NCBI GenBank assembly: GCA_030141605.1
Contig: JAQGDQ010000687.1
Coordinates: forward strand, 48,675-112,674
Direction of reading: 5' to 3'
Origin: Tubiluchus corallicola
Taxonomy: Eukaryota > Animalia > Priapulida
Length of the DNA: 64,000 nucleotides
Part shown: one piece after another, positions 36,501 through 50,843 of the stretch
Position numbering within the stretch: the stretch's first letter is position 1
How the letters are laid out: each line of letters opens with the position of its first letter
Made by a program: the position numbers and the translations under genes
The notes under the pieces: model-generated
Database searches by the model: none
The model's input: only the letters and a program-made list of their open reading frames with translations
Told to the model about the DNA's origin: nothing

Positions 36501-39500
36501 GACGCTAATGCTACTCAACGAGCTGCTTTGTTAACTGTTCCTGCCTGCCTCCTGAATAGATTACATGCAAACAAATTAACTACATCCTGACTTTCAGGTA
36601 AACACATCTGGTCAGGCATGTATTAACAGTCAGAATAATTTAACTCAGCGAGAAACTTTAATGATAAAAAATATTATTGAGCTACTGTACCGAAACACTC
36701 ATACTGTTCGCATTTATGGAGCGCTGGCCCGCTATTGTGTGTCAAAAAGTCGGAAATAAATTTGCTTACCGTTTGCCGTCGAGTTCTCATGTTTCTCTCT
36801 TTGACATTTTCTAAAAAATTGGGGGGGGCGGACGGGCCCCTATAGCACGACGCCACTGTGTAAATAGGCTTATTTTAATTTGATAAGGGCATTCATTGCA
36901 AGTATTTTGCATGGAAAAAAAATGTACTTACAAAGCTGAATTATCAGGAGATCTTTCATCATCTAGACTTCCTCCCTGAACAGATCCAGTGTAGTTTGGT
37001 TTACTTGCTGCATGAGATGAACCAATGTGGCACCGCACATTCTTGGCAGTTGTAAAAGCAGCCCTGTTGTTTCTTTCTGGATGAAGAACGATTATGTAGA
37101 GTTTGGGTGCAAATAAAAGTATTAATGCCACTGTTGCACTAAGGCTTATGCATACACACATTGTAATAACTTTCATATCACTACCAAAATAAATGGGAAC
37201 GAAAGCTAACCACACAATACAAGTCGTGTACATTGTGAAGCCAATAAACTTAGCTTCATTAAAGTTTCCAGGAACATTTCTTGTCTTCACTGCATAAACA
37301 GTACACATTCCCACTAAAAAGAAGTCAAAGCCAAGTGGTGCTAAGACACCCAAAGTCGATGTGTTACATATAAGCTGCACTCGCTGAGGACTGGGGTAAT
37401 CGTAAATAGCGTCAGCTGGTTCAAGTAGCAGCATAGTTATGATTATAGCTATTTCTAAACCTACTAATATCCAGGTTATCACCACCTGAGCCGTCGCACT
37501 CATAAATCTTGGTTTGCGAGTCATTATTTTCTTCTTGCTACCTGCCAGAATTCGAGCAATTCTGTTCGTCTTCGTCACAAGGCTACCGTATATCATTGAA
37601 AAGCCAAGACCTGGAAGAATTCGCCCCAGATAACACAACCACTGCACCGGTTTGGCAATTAGAATGAAGCTAGAGATGTAGCACAGAAAGAAACCAACAA
37701 TGATGACGTAACTCAATTCACGTGTTGTAGCTTTCACCATTGCTGTTTCATTAAATTTTATGAAGACGACTAAGGTGAAAAAAGCAGCTATTATGCCGAC
37801 AGCAGCAAGGCACACAACAACAATACTTGTGACATCTGACCATTGGATGTATTCAACAGTGATTCTGTTGCAAGCTGAAAAATTAAAATTCAATTAAGCC
37901 TTTAGATACATTCATAAACAGCATGACTGTATGTGAACGAAATCTGTATTACTAAAAATAAGACTGTAAATACATTTTCATTTGTGTAATAGAAAAAGAA
38001 AATGTACAAAAAGTGAGACTTCTGCAAACTGCTGTAGACTTACAAGCAGACTTTCAGACTTACTGCCAGTTTCAAAATATCCTCTGAGTGTGAATATGAA
38101 TCACTATTTTTTAAAATTATTCTTAATTTGTGGAAGGAAAATGTATATCTGGATGCTTTCTGGGGTGCAGTGAGCTGAAGTGTATAAAACATGTTATCAC
38201 GGAAACTTGAGTATTTTAGCTGATGTTCACTATAGATAAATATTTCATCTATAGCGAGTAGAGGTTGACATAATATTTTAACTGGCACTATGAGCACATA
38301 ACAGTTAATGTGTGTAATAATATGCTCTTATGCATTTAAGCTTTGGTGAATCAGTCAACAGCAACAGCATCTTTTAATAACTACCAAGTCCTTATGCTTT
38401 GTTTTAATATTCTTATTTTAGATAATTTTAATTATGCTAATCAAGTTTTATGATTGGTCAACAGCAACAACATCTTTTAATAACTACCAAGTCCTTATGC
38501 TTTGTTTTAATATTCTTATTTTAGATAACAATTTTAATTATGCTAATCAAGTTTTATGATTGGTACTTGATAAGTGACCAGTTTTTTGCCTTGCAATTAT
38601 ATTTTTGAGCCACTAATCTAAAAACATGAATCCAACGAGACAAGAGACAAATTGAGTGAAACAAATTACAGACGGACAAGTTAAAGCAAACTAAAAGTTA
38701 AAAGGTAACAACCAACCTGTCAGGTTTTCATTGGGCCACCACCCTCTTGGACAAGGCTGGCATCTGAACTCATCCAACAAGTACTCATTAGGTTTACATT
38801 CTGTGCAAACCCAACAACAGGAAACGCCACCATCTTGGATAGTCTGGAAAAGCGCATAAGTACATCAAGTAAAAAAAAATGCTGTCAATTTGAATTATAT
38901 TTTCTGCCTTGTAAATTTGGTTTTTTGAAAATTGCATTTGACTTTCAAATCAGTACTGTGCTCAAGCGTCTCATTACTCTTTTAAATCCTACGATAGTGG
39001 TGCATGAAGTATTAATGAGCTTATGGAAATGTCATACAATGCAATGAAGATTTTACCTTGACTTGACCTCTAGGACATGGAAAGCTGCAAACGGAAACTG
39101 GCAAGGTTAGGTCAGGTTGCTTGTTCCAGATTGTTATAGAATCATTGATGTACAGGTCTCCAGAATCCCAGGTTCCAATCTGTACATATCCGAACTTCCC
39201 GTTATCCAGGCGTTGATAATTCAAAATGTCATATCTAAGAAATACAGAAACTAAATACTTGACAAACATAGATTTGAATGCAGTTGCTAGGCAAATAAAG
39301 AAGCTAGTCACTCAAGGAATGTATCCATACATATTAATTTATTTTTATTGAATTTTAGGAGAGAAAGTGGTTGATTAAAAGTATGTTTAGCTAAGTCAAT
39401 TCTTTGAAAACTCCTTGTGGAATAGGGTGGATAAGAACAATAAAGAAAAAGAAATGTTATTATGATTCACGACTACCTTATATGGTACAATGTCCAGGAG

Positions 39501-42500
39501 GCAGTGGCCACTAAAACTGACATGAGCTTAATCAATATTTCAAAGAAAAAACAAAATCACAAAGATACATTTCCCCATTCACCCCAAAATGGTTACAGTT
39601 TGCACTGCATATATGTCATCGTTTCAGTTTATATCACTTTCAGTTTATATCACTTTCAAAAAAATGATGTGATAGTAATCTTTGCAAGATTGCATAGACC
39701 AGTGCACATACTCACTTAATATTTTGCATATTCACTCTATTACTTAAAGTTTTTACTTAAATCAGTACTAAATTTATGCAGAATTTAAACAGGCAAATCT
39801 GAAATCACTAAAAGACTACAGAGCTGATTAAAGGCATATTTGCAAATTGCAAGAAGTTGGTGATTTCAGAAGCTTATACACCAGATGACCACGGAATCAA
39901 CAGAGTTGTGCAAGTAATTAGTTCTGGAAATTTTGAAATTTCTACTGTGCTTGCCTTGACAGTTTTCACAAGTTACAAAGGACATCCAGTGAAAACTAAA
40001 TACACATTACTGAAAAAAAAATTAAGTGCAATATGTTATGAGCATGCGAGTGAAAAAAATTGGAAAATTTAGAAAATTTGTTGTTCCACTGGGACAAAAT
40101 AGGTCTATTAAGTAATATGGTTGAAATAATGAGAGAAATTAGTTTGTAACTTATATTACCTTCCAGGTGGATCGCCATTTTCATCAAATGAGAGTTGTTG
40201 TGTTTCTCTTTCTCCAGTTGTATTAACGTCCATCAGGTAAGACAGCAGAATGCGTCCATCAAGCGGGTTCATTTCTTTACATAAACCTGTATTCAAATTC
40301 CATTAAATTATTTGCTAGAACCACACTTACAGTTTTTATTCAGGTGACTGCAACTGCAGGATTAGAAAAGCAACAATATACTTTTTAAATTGTTGCAGAT
40401 AGTCAAATAAAAAGGTAAAAAATGAACAATCTTTGGTGTATTACATGTATTAAAAACTTTACTAATTTTATCCAAATTCAGATAATTAAATTAAGAATAA
40501 GAATCTAATACTGTTATAAAAGGTGTACAATGTACTGTGTTGTTAATTTCCAAGCTACATCCAGGCAATGATTACAATATACAATTAAAATCTATGGAAC
40601 AATTAATTCTTTCTCGTTATTTATTGACATACCAGGTACACCCTTGCAAACTTCTTGGTGCATATCATGCAGTCCATATGCCATTGCATTGATAGCTTTG
40701 ATAACAAAACCCAATTTGGTGTCCTGTTTGTAGTCGATAGAAAGATCTTCATTACCTAAGAAAGTTAAAATGTCTGAGTCACAGCTGTGTAAGCCTTTAG
40801 GGAATAATTCTCTCAAGACAAGTAAATATGAATATTTGTGAAAACTTTGCATTAATGAGCATATCATACTTAAATACTCAATGATGGCTTAATATGCTTG
40901 CATGTTTAACAAAATAAAGCTCGAAATGCTGGTTTAATAAATGAAGCACCTTAAATTATGTTAGCATATCTATACAGGTGCGATATGGTTTTCGTAAAAT
41001 ATGCTTTGTGTGTAATCACAACTCCATATGTTTCCATGATTGTAAAAACGAAGAAATTGAAATTCGTGTTTTAACTGACGAGCTTATTGCGTTGATACGA
41101 CCGGCAAAAATGGTTCTAGTATATCACACCAAAAGTGTAACAAATATGCATGTTGAAAAAAATAATACAGGGCCAATAGTAAGCGCTTTGGAAAGAGCTC
41201 GTTTGGACTCAACTCCTCTTTGAGTTCATGATTAAACGGTTAACTGTGGTAATTGCTTATGAGCTTAATTCAGTAAAACAAGCTCACTAGCCTTGACGGA
41301 AATCCTACTTAGAAAAGCAATATCACCGTCATAACATACCAGAGTTGAGAAAAAAGTAAAAAAATCAGTAGCAGCTATTTAAAGCTAATAGCCGCTAAAA
41401 GTTTATAAAAAAAAGGCAGCATTAGCAGGGTCTGCTTAACATTGATATATGCGATGAACCTAACTCATTATGAAGGATGTACCGTGACTACTTGGCTATA
41501 AAACTCGCCACAAATCAGATAAGATTATGCAAAACTTCATGGTAAATGTGGCAATTACGACAGGAAGACATCAGTCGTATAATATATCACCTGGAACCAC
41601 TTATGCCCATTTTCAAACAAATGAATTAATAATTATCCAGGGGTTTACATTTGCAATGATTTACTGAGAAATCAGCTAAACTGTAGAAGTTCTCAGGAAA
41701 ACGTTTTGTGAAATCACAGTTTCAAAACCCTCTCGAGATTAAAGGTTTTGTTTGGACATAAACGCGATTAGAGGAATTAGGAGGTTTCCAGTAGCGAGAA
41801 ATCGGATTTTCAATTACATTAATCAGAGTATAGCTAGCGAGTAAAGCCACTTGGGCATAATTTTCCTTCTCTAATCATTATGCCAATTCACAGGCACTGG
41901 ATTCAACATGTTGCAACTATCATGTTGCAACTAATGCAAGGTTTACATATTTGCATCATTCATAAATGGCAACGTTAATCCGACAACTATAATTAGGCCT
42001 ACTAATAAAAACGTTTCCTAGATAATAATCAAATTTCGCTGTGGCCGAAAACTTTAGCATGTTAAAAATTTGTAAGCCGGATTAGTGCCAGCTAATTCGT
42101 TAATTGAAAAATAGCCATGTCGACATATGAATAAAGCACATGGCAGCTAAACAATAAAGAAAACAACCTCATTATCTTCATTACAAAAGACAAGGTATTG
42201 ACAAACATTTGTTGAAAAGAAAAAATGGAACTTAATCTTAGGAACTAGGGTATCTGGGTCTAGAGGAACCGCACAGCAGCCGCACATATTTATTGATTTA
42301 GTTGACTCAGACCGTTTGATTGAGAGGAACTAAAATCAAAAATCATTGAGAGCTGGGACCAAATACTCCTTAAGAAAAACTGTGTCAGCTGTTGGAAGAA
42401 ATGCATTCGTCTACTTTTGCGCCACATTTTTGCACCATTTTATGTTTTATGTAAGTGTAATGTAATGTAATGTTTATATTATACTATTTATTTAGTGATG

Positions 42501-45346
42501 TAAATCCACTGTAGTAAGGATAAGAGGATTTATGTTGATGGCCATTTATTGCAAGTAGACCTTCAATATTTCACCACGAAACCTCAACATATGGGCTGCG
42601 GCAGGTGAGTTTGGAAGTTACTAGAATTTTTCTTCCGTAAAAAAGTAAAGAAAATGACTATAATCATTTAACACCCAGTGCAGCTATCTGTACATTTAAT
42701 CATTTTGGGCTCCTTTACAGCCGAGACCCATGATAATTAATAACCCCAACTGTCTATTTTCGGCCCAGAAGCTTGAAGAAGTCTGGTTTCAGAGTAAACC
42801 AAAGTCCAGACTATAAATGAACGTAATACGCACACAATATTATCAATAAAGCGGCCAATACACAAAGTGCGTTTGAAAATATCTTCACGTTAGTAAGGAA
42901 GAGGCAAGCAGTGACGAAAATTTCAAGAAGCATAGCCATCGTTGACGTATATCTATGGGCATGTGTATTGTGTTACCTGTACATTTCTTTTTCCCGAGAA
43001 CGGCTTTTGACTTGTCAAAGTAACAGTTGAACCGCTGTTGCCAGAATTCCTCCCACCACGGATTGCGTTTGTTCTGGAATGGCTTTAAACCGAAGAAATA
43101 CTCGTCGAAGCCGTCGATGTACTCAGAGTGAATTCTGATTGAAATGCCACTTTGCGCCTCCACTTCCAGGTTTTCCACTACGTCACGTCTGTCCGCCCAT
43201 CCATCGCTATAATGAATTCAAGTTTCGTTATGTAACACCTTGATAAGACGAAAATATGTTTTGTGCAGAGAAAATTTTAGTCAGTAAATTTATTGATATT
43301 AATTGTCTTTTACTTACTATAATAATGACACCATTTGGCTATGAAAATACATATTATGGCAGAATGCACGGGGCAAATTTACATGGAGTTTTGAATTAAG
43401 TAAGCGCAGGAGTTTTTAACTATGATTCATCGTAAAAACAACAAGAATAGTATAATACAATACTTCGACACGGCGCGAGTGCAAAAACAGGAAGATGCTG
43501 TTACTTTGTTTAGCCATTTATATTCATTTATACCAGCATGACAAGTTTTTTTAAGACGTAACCCAAACGCCTGAAAACCCAAAGCTGAAAATTGTTTTAT
43601 TATCATTCCTATGAGTGGCAATTGTTGTACCAAACGCGCGCAAATGAGGCAGTGATTGCGCTCAAATGCAATTCATGAATAAAAACCGAATTCAGTAACT
43701 CTGGATCGATAGAAGGTGCACCCAGAAAAATATCTCTGCAGTTTCTCACTTTCTATACTGAGAAGGAAATTATTCACGTGAGCGGCATGTCGGGGTGGGT
43801 ATAAGGAGATCACAAAATAGGGTTAACGTTGAAATTGTAAAGGAGGGGTTGATTAACACTGTCACTGTTAATTGTAATAAACAAAAGAGATTGGACGCCC
43901 AAGCTTGACAAGAAAATGTTTTTAACGCTTTTCCCATTTTGCCAAGAAATTTTTTTGCCCGACAAAAAAATTTCAAAGAAAACTTTTTTGCCCAAAAAAT
44001 TTCAAAGAAAACTTTTTTGCCCAAAAAATTCACTTCCCAGAAAAAATTTATTCCAAAAAAAGATATTTCCCAGAACTGCCATTTCCCAGAGATTTTTTCC
44101 CCCAAAACCGCCATTTCTTGGAAAATACAATTCACAGAAAATGTAATAAATCCTTTTAGATAATGAGCAATAAAAAGTAGTTTATTTTAACCAGGTATAA
44201 TGATTAATAGGGATCATTTGATGTTAACAAAATGGTCAACTCGTTAAGACAAAAAAGTAGATTTGTAACCTCAGAATAGGTAACCTTAGGTAGCGAATCA
44301 TATTTATCTTTCCATACAATAAAGGCCTATACCAACCGTGAGTAGTCACAGCGTGTGATTTGCTACCAAAGTTAAGCAATGCCAAGCCTGGAAACTGATT
44401 TCTTCAGAAACAGCTTAGGACCCTCACTCTTGGGCAGTTACTTTTACTGTCATTCCGAATTATTTCGTTCGTTTTTTGGTGTTTGGATGTAACTGTGACA
44501 TCTTTGCCAGTTCAGTATTTCATCTCAGAGGATTATCTTGATAATGAAAAAGGATTTGACCTTGCTACAAGGAACCTGTAAAAATTTGCCGATGGAGCGT
44601 AATTTAATTGGAAAACGTTGACCTCAAGTTTCTGAGAAAAAAGTTTTCTGGGAAACGGACTTAAACCTAAAATAACTGACAACACAGAGGTGGGTATAGG
44701 TTAGAAAAACTGGACACAGTCCATGTGTGCCCTGGTCCAGATTAATTTCCGTGCACAACTATGGCTAAACAAACGGTTGTAATCCTTAGGCTGTGATCCG
44801 AAAAGTGTCTTTTTGGTTATAAAATTTGAATTAAAACAGAAGTGTTAAAATGTTGATTATACGGCGAATTATACGAAACGACTCTTTGAAAAAATAGCGA
44901 AGAACTCCACTTAAGCTGCAAAAAACTATATTGGCAAACAAGAACTGACTCTGGTCTTTTTAAGCTTGATCATGTGTGTTTCTGAATACCAAGTAACCCC
45001 TTCTAAAATAGTGTGCTGAACCCACTGACTCTTTTCGAGTTCTGATACAATGTCCAAGTAACTTTCACGTATTATATTTAAACGCTTAATTTTGTTCACC
45101 TTCCTATTAGCGTGAAGTAGCCCACCATCTTCAATGATCGCATGGCTCGTAAAATTCCTCGAATGGTGGCGCCTTCGCAAAAGCAGACAACAACTCGTGC
45201 TTTGGCAGAGGCATTCAAGGTGCGCACGACTTCTTGAAATGCTGACAACTCGTCGTTGCTTCTGACCTTGGAGGAACTGGCGATGCAGATCTCTTCCTGT
45301 GCAGCCAATTTCTTGAAAGCTTCCATTCCGCTGCCCCCGTAAGCAC
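30539..45346 (-). CDS. GRM1/5-like: Metabotropic glutamate receptor, group I (mGluR1/5-like); 10 coding exons in window, N-terminal exons not in window
   Basis: Minus-strand exons: 45346-45100 (GAYGGSGMEAFK..ARVVVCFCEG..FTLIG); 43206-42977 (SDGWADR..NKRNPWWEEFWQQRFNC); 40755-40633; 40286-40160 (FDENGDPPGR); 39234-39057 (YDILNYQ..SVCSFPC); 38843-38717 (CCWVCTEC, cysteine-rich domain); 37874-36932 (7TM: LVTKTNRIARILAGSKKKI, NFNEAKFIGFTMYTTCIVWLAFVPIYF, PERNNRAAFTT); 32619-32513; 31825-31690; 31406-30539 (tail ending TSDV*). All GT-AG with matching phases. TNRIARILAGSKKKI.T.KPRFMS is the group I signature. Confidence 0.96.
32345..32416 (-). mobile_element. tRNA-like sequence (SINE head or tRNA pseudogene) in mGluR intron
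   Basis: Minus strand gatagatcagatgatagagc (box A-like) ... gagttcgagtcc (box B) at tRNA spacing; stems imperfect. Confidence 0.5.
33723..35350. mobile_element. Mutator-like (MULE)/foldback non-autonomous element with tandem-subrepeat TIRs and 9-bp TSD
   Basis: Left arm of tandem ggtaaaaatggcaca units (33723-33860), inverted tgtgccatttttacc units (35259-35350), and identical flanks attttagaa at 33714-33722 and 35351-35359. Confidence 0.85.
35709..36858. mobile_element. hAT-family non-autonomous element with perfect 8-bp TSD
   Basis: Termini CAGGGGCGTCGT...ACGACGCCACTG, G-rich subterminal blocks, and identical flanks tgtaaata at 35701-35708 and 36859-36866. Confidence 0.88.
38354..38562. repeat. 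Recent tandem duplication of a unit of about 103 bp (2 copies) in mGluR intron
   Basis: gtcaacagcaac...caagttttatgattg at 38354-38456 and 38457-38562, nearly identical. Confidence 0.92.
43895..44660. repeat. Foldback-like remnant: tandem ttcccag/aaaa subrepeats with a short inverted remnant
   Basis: Tandem tttgcccaaaaaatttc and ttcccagaa units at 43930-44140; inverted tttctgagaaaaaagttttctgggaaa at about 44629-44656. The overlapping K/F-rich ORFs are artefacts. Confidence 0.45.
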
Positions 45347-46726
45347 CTGCCCAAAAGCCAAGTTGTCAAAAAAGGTGCAAAAACGTCAAAAAATTAAAAT
45401 GGTTAAGAAATGTTATACTAAATGTAATGTATAGTTCATTTGGTAAATAATATTGTATATCATTACACTTATTGCATATGTATTATTCAGTGATTCATCC
45501 CTACAAAACAATCAAATTTTAACTCTCATTTTCGCTCAACAACCCCCAATTAGTAGTCAATAAACTTCACGAAGGCTGAAGCTCGATTATGCGTGTGTTC
45601 GAAAGGAAGATGCTGGTGAAATTTTGTGCAAGGTTTCTATATATTTCTTCATAGTCAAGGGTTTATAAGTACTTAAGTTAGCGCTCGTTAAGATTTTTTA
45701 GGTAAGCTATCGTAATTGAAGATAAAATCGCACATAAGGAACTTAATCCACAGTTCTGCAAGATAACAATGGTACTTGAAGACGTACTAGATCACGCCTG
45801 CTCTGAAATTAACTGAAAGCTGCAAAAATGAACACAATTTCGGATCAGCGAAGTCACAATCTGCATGAATTGACGCAATTTTGGTTACCAAAGCAACAAG
45901 CTGAATAAATTAATAGTATTTTGGTCAACAAAGCTAAAAGCTGCGTAAATTAACAAACTTTAATTAAAATTATATCCTATACAGGAAAGATATGCTAACC
46001 TCGTGTTACCAGAGAGGTCTGTAGCTAATTGTAATTTCATTTATCGCTTTCCCCGTTATACATGTTGGCTTTGGCCTTCGGTATCATGAACGTGATCTCC
46101 TCATTCATGACGATTAAGTACTGTGTTGCTTAACTGAATCACACTCTATAGATTGCAGAGATTAAAAGTCGAGCATAGGTCTAATATCGTCGACTCTATG
46201 TATCTTTGGTTTGATTAATTCCCCTGCTCATTGTGTCGCTTTAAACCGAGACTGAGATTAGTTGAGGGTTGATGGATCACTCTGGATCTCGAAGAATCCG
46301 TTGCTAACCAGGGGAGGGAAAACTTAGACAAGCTTTCCCGTGTAAGTCTTCATCAATAGTGAGGAGAGTTGCTGTACTGTATAATGTAATATTTCTGCGA
46401 CTTAATGAAAAAAGCTGAACTACAGGAAAAACTGATTCTGAACTAATTTCGCTTCAGTTCAAATAATTTGAGAAACGCGCATATATGTGACATGGACTTA
46501 GTTCTCAACGATAAGTATTGAACAATTAACAAAAAAATAAAAGAAAATTGAAAATAATCAAAGTTTCGGCATTAGTTTCAATGAAAACGAAAAAGAAAAA
46601 ATACAAATCACTGAAAAGCTTGCTTTCCCATTACATTCATTAGCCTAGCCTTGGCTTTTTTCATAGTTATACAGTACCAAATAAAAATTAAACCAAATCA
46701 TTATGTGTGAATTCTGATGATATGTA

Positions 46727-46812
46727 GACACATGCACACGCACACGCACGCACGCACGCACACGCACGCACGCACACGCACACGCACACGCACACGCACG
46801 CACACACACACG

Positions 46813-46845
<33 letters not shown>
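46727..46845. repeat. (CA/CG)n-(CA)n-(TA)n microsatellite
   Basis: Directly visible. Confidence 0.95.
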
Positions 46846-46846
<1 letters not shown>

Positions 46847-47668
46847 ATTTTGATTCTTAATTCCTGTTTGTTACATTAGCCAGCACCACAAACACGTTTG
46901 GGTATTTTATTATTCTTTTTATTTTGCGTTTCTTGCGTTTTTCCTGTACTGTATATGTTTACATTATAACAATTTATAGATGCCGGCCTCTGCCCATAGT
47001 ATACCAAGATTTAAGCGTCATTGAAGTTCTCATGTTATTCCACGGCTGACAAAACTTGGTGACAGACTTATAGATAGATAAACTTATAGACGACAGACAC
47101 GAATTGAACCAATAACTCTATACACTACGTACAACCAATTGCGCAACAATAAGTATATAAGCTTAATATTATTAGCATCAAGCGAACATTGGTTAAAAGG
47201 ACACAAGCTATGCAGTTCCAACTAAGCGCAGTGGTCAGTGCGTTGATTGTTTATGCTTAGCTAGATGTCGTCACTCATCGGGCTTCCCTGTTTGGTTTGC
47301 ATATGTTTCATATATCAGTCTAGGCGGGCGGAGTCTAGCTGTTGTCTTAAATGTCTGAATTACTTTACACTGCTCAGCACTATCAAAACAAAAATGTTAC
47401 AACAATAACTTTGCTTGCCAACCTACTATAACATAATATTCATATATGCTATAGAAGTAAAAAGTAACTTAAAAATACGGTTTTGCATCCACGTTGCTGG
47501 GCCACTCTATTAGTGCACCAAAGAGCAACACGGTTACGTAATTCAACTGTGACCGAAGTTTTACTTGTTAGGCCTAGTTTCATGTAAGGCGGCACCGTGG
47601 TATACAGCAGCCACAATGTTCATGTCAATAATGCATGAACATGCCTCAAGTGATTCATCTTTATGCAG

Positions 47669-47671
<3 letters not shown>

Positions 47672-47720
<49 letters not shown>
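47672..47720. repeat. (CT)n microsatellite
   Basis: Directly visible. Confidence 0.95.
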
Positions 47721-47723
<3 letters not shown>

Positions 47724-50700
47724 CACTCGCAAAAACCTTCACGCTGTCTGTGAACTGGTTTGACTTATCTAATTTGAGAGATTAGTTTCAAAATATGAAG
47801 TGGATTTGGACAAAGCAATATTTAATTGCCAGCCTGCGTTTAATAATCGTTTTGCGCAACGTTGTGCTGCATGTACAATTACATGCTTCTTACAGCAAAT
47901 TAATTAAATTATATTGAACAGTTGATTTATAGTACAAACAGGAATTAATCCTGTTGATGCCTATTATCATTGGCAAATTATCCTTTCGGCCTATCTATGT
48001 ATTTATTATTACTCTAGAGAGCCACATTGTACATTAAACTTTTAAAAGCCGTATCATAACTGCGCCCATAAAAAGCGAAGCCAAAGGCCTGTTGATATGT
48101 TAACACGGTGTGCAGAAAAACGTCAAAGAAGATATCATTTCTGAACCCCAGTAACACACAGTTACAATCTTTTTTTAGCCACAGGGTTTGGACAGCTAAC
48201 TAATCCTATGTGCTGTACGCGCAAAGTGAACTTAAACTCGAAAATCAGTAAACAAAATAAGTTTACATTGTATGTAGAAATGCCACAAGTGAAAAAATCT
48301 ATACTGATGAACTCATTGCGATTATAACATTATTACATTAATAATTATAATATTATTATAATGTAAATTTAAGCTACAGCCTATAAATGCTGCCAAAATT
48401 ATAACAGTTTAGTCGAAACACCCCTGGCAAAGATGGATTCGGCTGGTAGAAGTTAATAGTTTATATGACTGTAGTAATAACCGTGATGAGCAGGGAATGA
48501 CATTTTCTACCAAAATCATAAATTTTTCGTTTAAAACATAAAGCCACTTCAAACAGGAAAAACACTACACACTTATAACTAGAGAGGATGTCCTACGCGC
48601 GTAGAAAAGTCGGCCTCCGTGACAGGCTATGCAATGGCTTATATCGCTTCGTTTAAATTTCAGCCATCCTACGATGAAAATTGCGGTCAAAGATAGCTTT
48701 CAAAGATTTATGTGCCAAACCACAACAACAGCAGCACCAACGACAGCAACATCAACACAACTAAGATTTACAACAACTAAGAACAACAACTCTGCGCTCT
48801 TTTCCGAATCCAAAAAGCACCGTCAGTAAAAGCTATATCCTATCAATCTAGCTCAGTACGCATGATGTCAATCCTGCTACGCATCCTAGAGAAATTAGTT
48901 TCTTGTCTGTTTCTCTAGGAGATTTTTTAATTAAAAACCTAAAGCCACTTAAATTGTCCACACCTCGCCTGTAAATGCAGACGCGTGCTTGCCCTGTTTT
49001 TAGCCTGTTATATCATCAAATAGGCTTCAGGCGAGAAATGCACGATTTTATACAAATTTTGTGTACTTAACGAGTAACGAGTTATTATCGCGCGCACAGC
49101 TGCGCCACTGGATTGTATAACTCATTTGAAAATAAAACGCGAGGCTTCCATAGAAATCTAGCCAGTTAAGGCAAACCTAGAAATGTGGCCGGTGCTTTAT
49201 AATATTCTATTGACGAAGTGCATTATAGTCGAAGTGCCCGTTGAAGCCATCACAAGAACCTCTCCTCTTCAAAATCAGGTCGAGTGGGCCGTGAAGCGTA
49301 ACATTGTTATTGGTGCAATAGAGCATTATCCATTAGGCAGGCGATCATATTAATTAGCGTTAGATGCGTGTCCGCTAGATCAATGTCACTGGACGAGCAA
49401 CAGGAAACTACGCTTCACGAATTTACCAACTTCGGCCACCATGCACGCCTTATGCCCTTCGCCTAAGTACCGCCTAACCCACCCCTCTCCCCACACTCGC
49501 AAGGTACGTCAACATCCTATATTTCTTCATATTTGTTGTCACATGCGGTGGGCGCATTTGCCCATAGGTTAACTAGGCTATAGCACAGGGCACCAAATTT
49601 TAGGGGTCCAGTGCACCACAAGCGGTTGCTCAGCTTGGTTAGATATAAACGCTATGCAAATATATGCAATTAATAATGACCCTGTAAGTAACAGTGCTAC
49701 TAACACACCATTAGCAATTGTGCTTTGTGTTTCATATATATGTATAGCAATCATAAATTCATATTATAGAGGTGCGCGGGACTGAAGTGTACGCATCGCA
49801 CAACGCTTGAGTTGTATTCTCACAGTTATACATACAGTAACCGCGTACTGAAGGGTAACCATCCTCTTTATAGCTTTATCTCTTTACACGCGTGCCCGAT
49901 GTGACGACATTCAAATCAAAGTTGCTTCAAAGGAATCTACACATGTAATACAATCTGTAATAGCGAAGATAAACGGATCTATGTACCGATATTTTTACTT
50001 GGGGTTTTTGTACAGCGTTTTCTGACCAAAAAACGCGAAAACAACAAATTACCCCTATATTTTGCGAGCAATTAAAATTACAAGTCGGCATGATTTTAAA
50101 TAAAATAGCTAAAACTGTTTGTAAATTCTCGGGATTCGATGACAAGTGTGAGTACCACTATAACAAGGTGATAAATATAGGTGGACTCGACACGCTGCAG
50201 TTCACTCGCACGCTTGATGGCTTGCAGTCCGCTATCACTCTGGTAGGCAAAACAGTGCAGCTCGCCCATTTAGCTACTATGTAATAAGCAATATTTCAAA
50301 CCTATAAACTTTCATAACTTCATCAATTTTAAACTATTTAGCTCTAGCTTAGAATCTAGTTTCAAAATATTCAGGAAAAAAACAGAAAATGAAGAAAACA
50401 TTAATTATACTGCTTATAGCTTGCTTTTGTTAGTACTGAGAAAAATTAGCCTGGCTAAAATATTATTAGCTTGAACTGATTTCTATATGAAGATAAAAAA
50501 TTAAAACAGATCCGCATTAATTTTTGTAAGGTTGTTTTCGAGAGTTAAGGCATTGCCAGAGAATAAGATACAGCAACTTTTGTGCGTTGAACTTAGTAAA
50601 AGTATTGATTAAATTGATATTCATAAGATATATTTTTCGTGCTTAACTGACTGATATACTGATATATTATAAGTATCTGTCCAGCTCTAACCCGCTAACT

Positions 50701-50812
50701 ACATAATTAACTAACTCACTATAATCATTTAATTAGACTGATTGACTTTCTGGTTAACGCTATTGCTTGACTGACATTATAAATGACCTCCTAGCTAATT
50801 GGCTGACTAACA

Positions 50813-50843
<31 letters not shown>

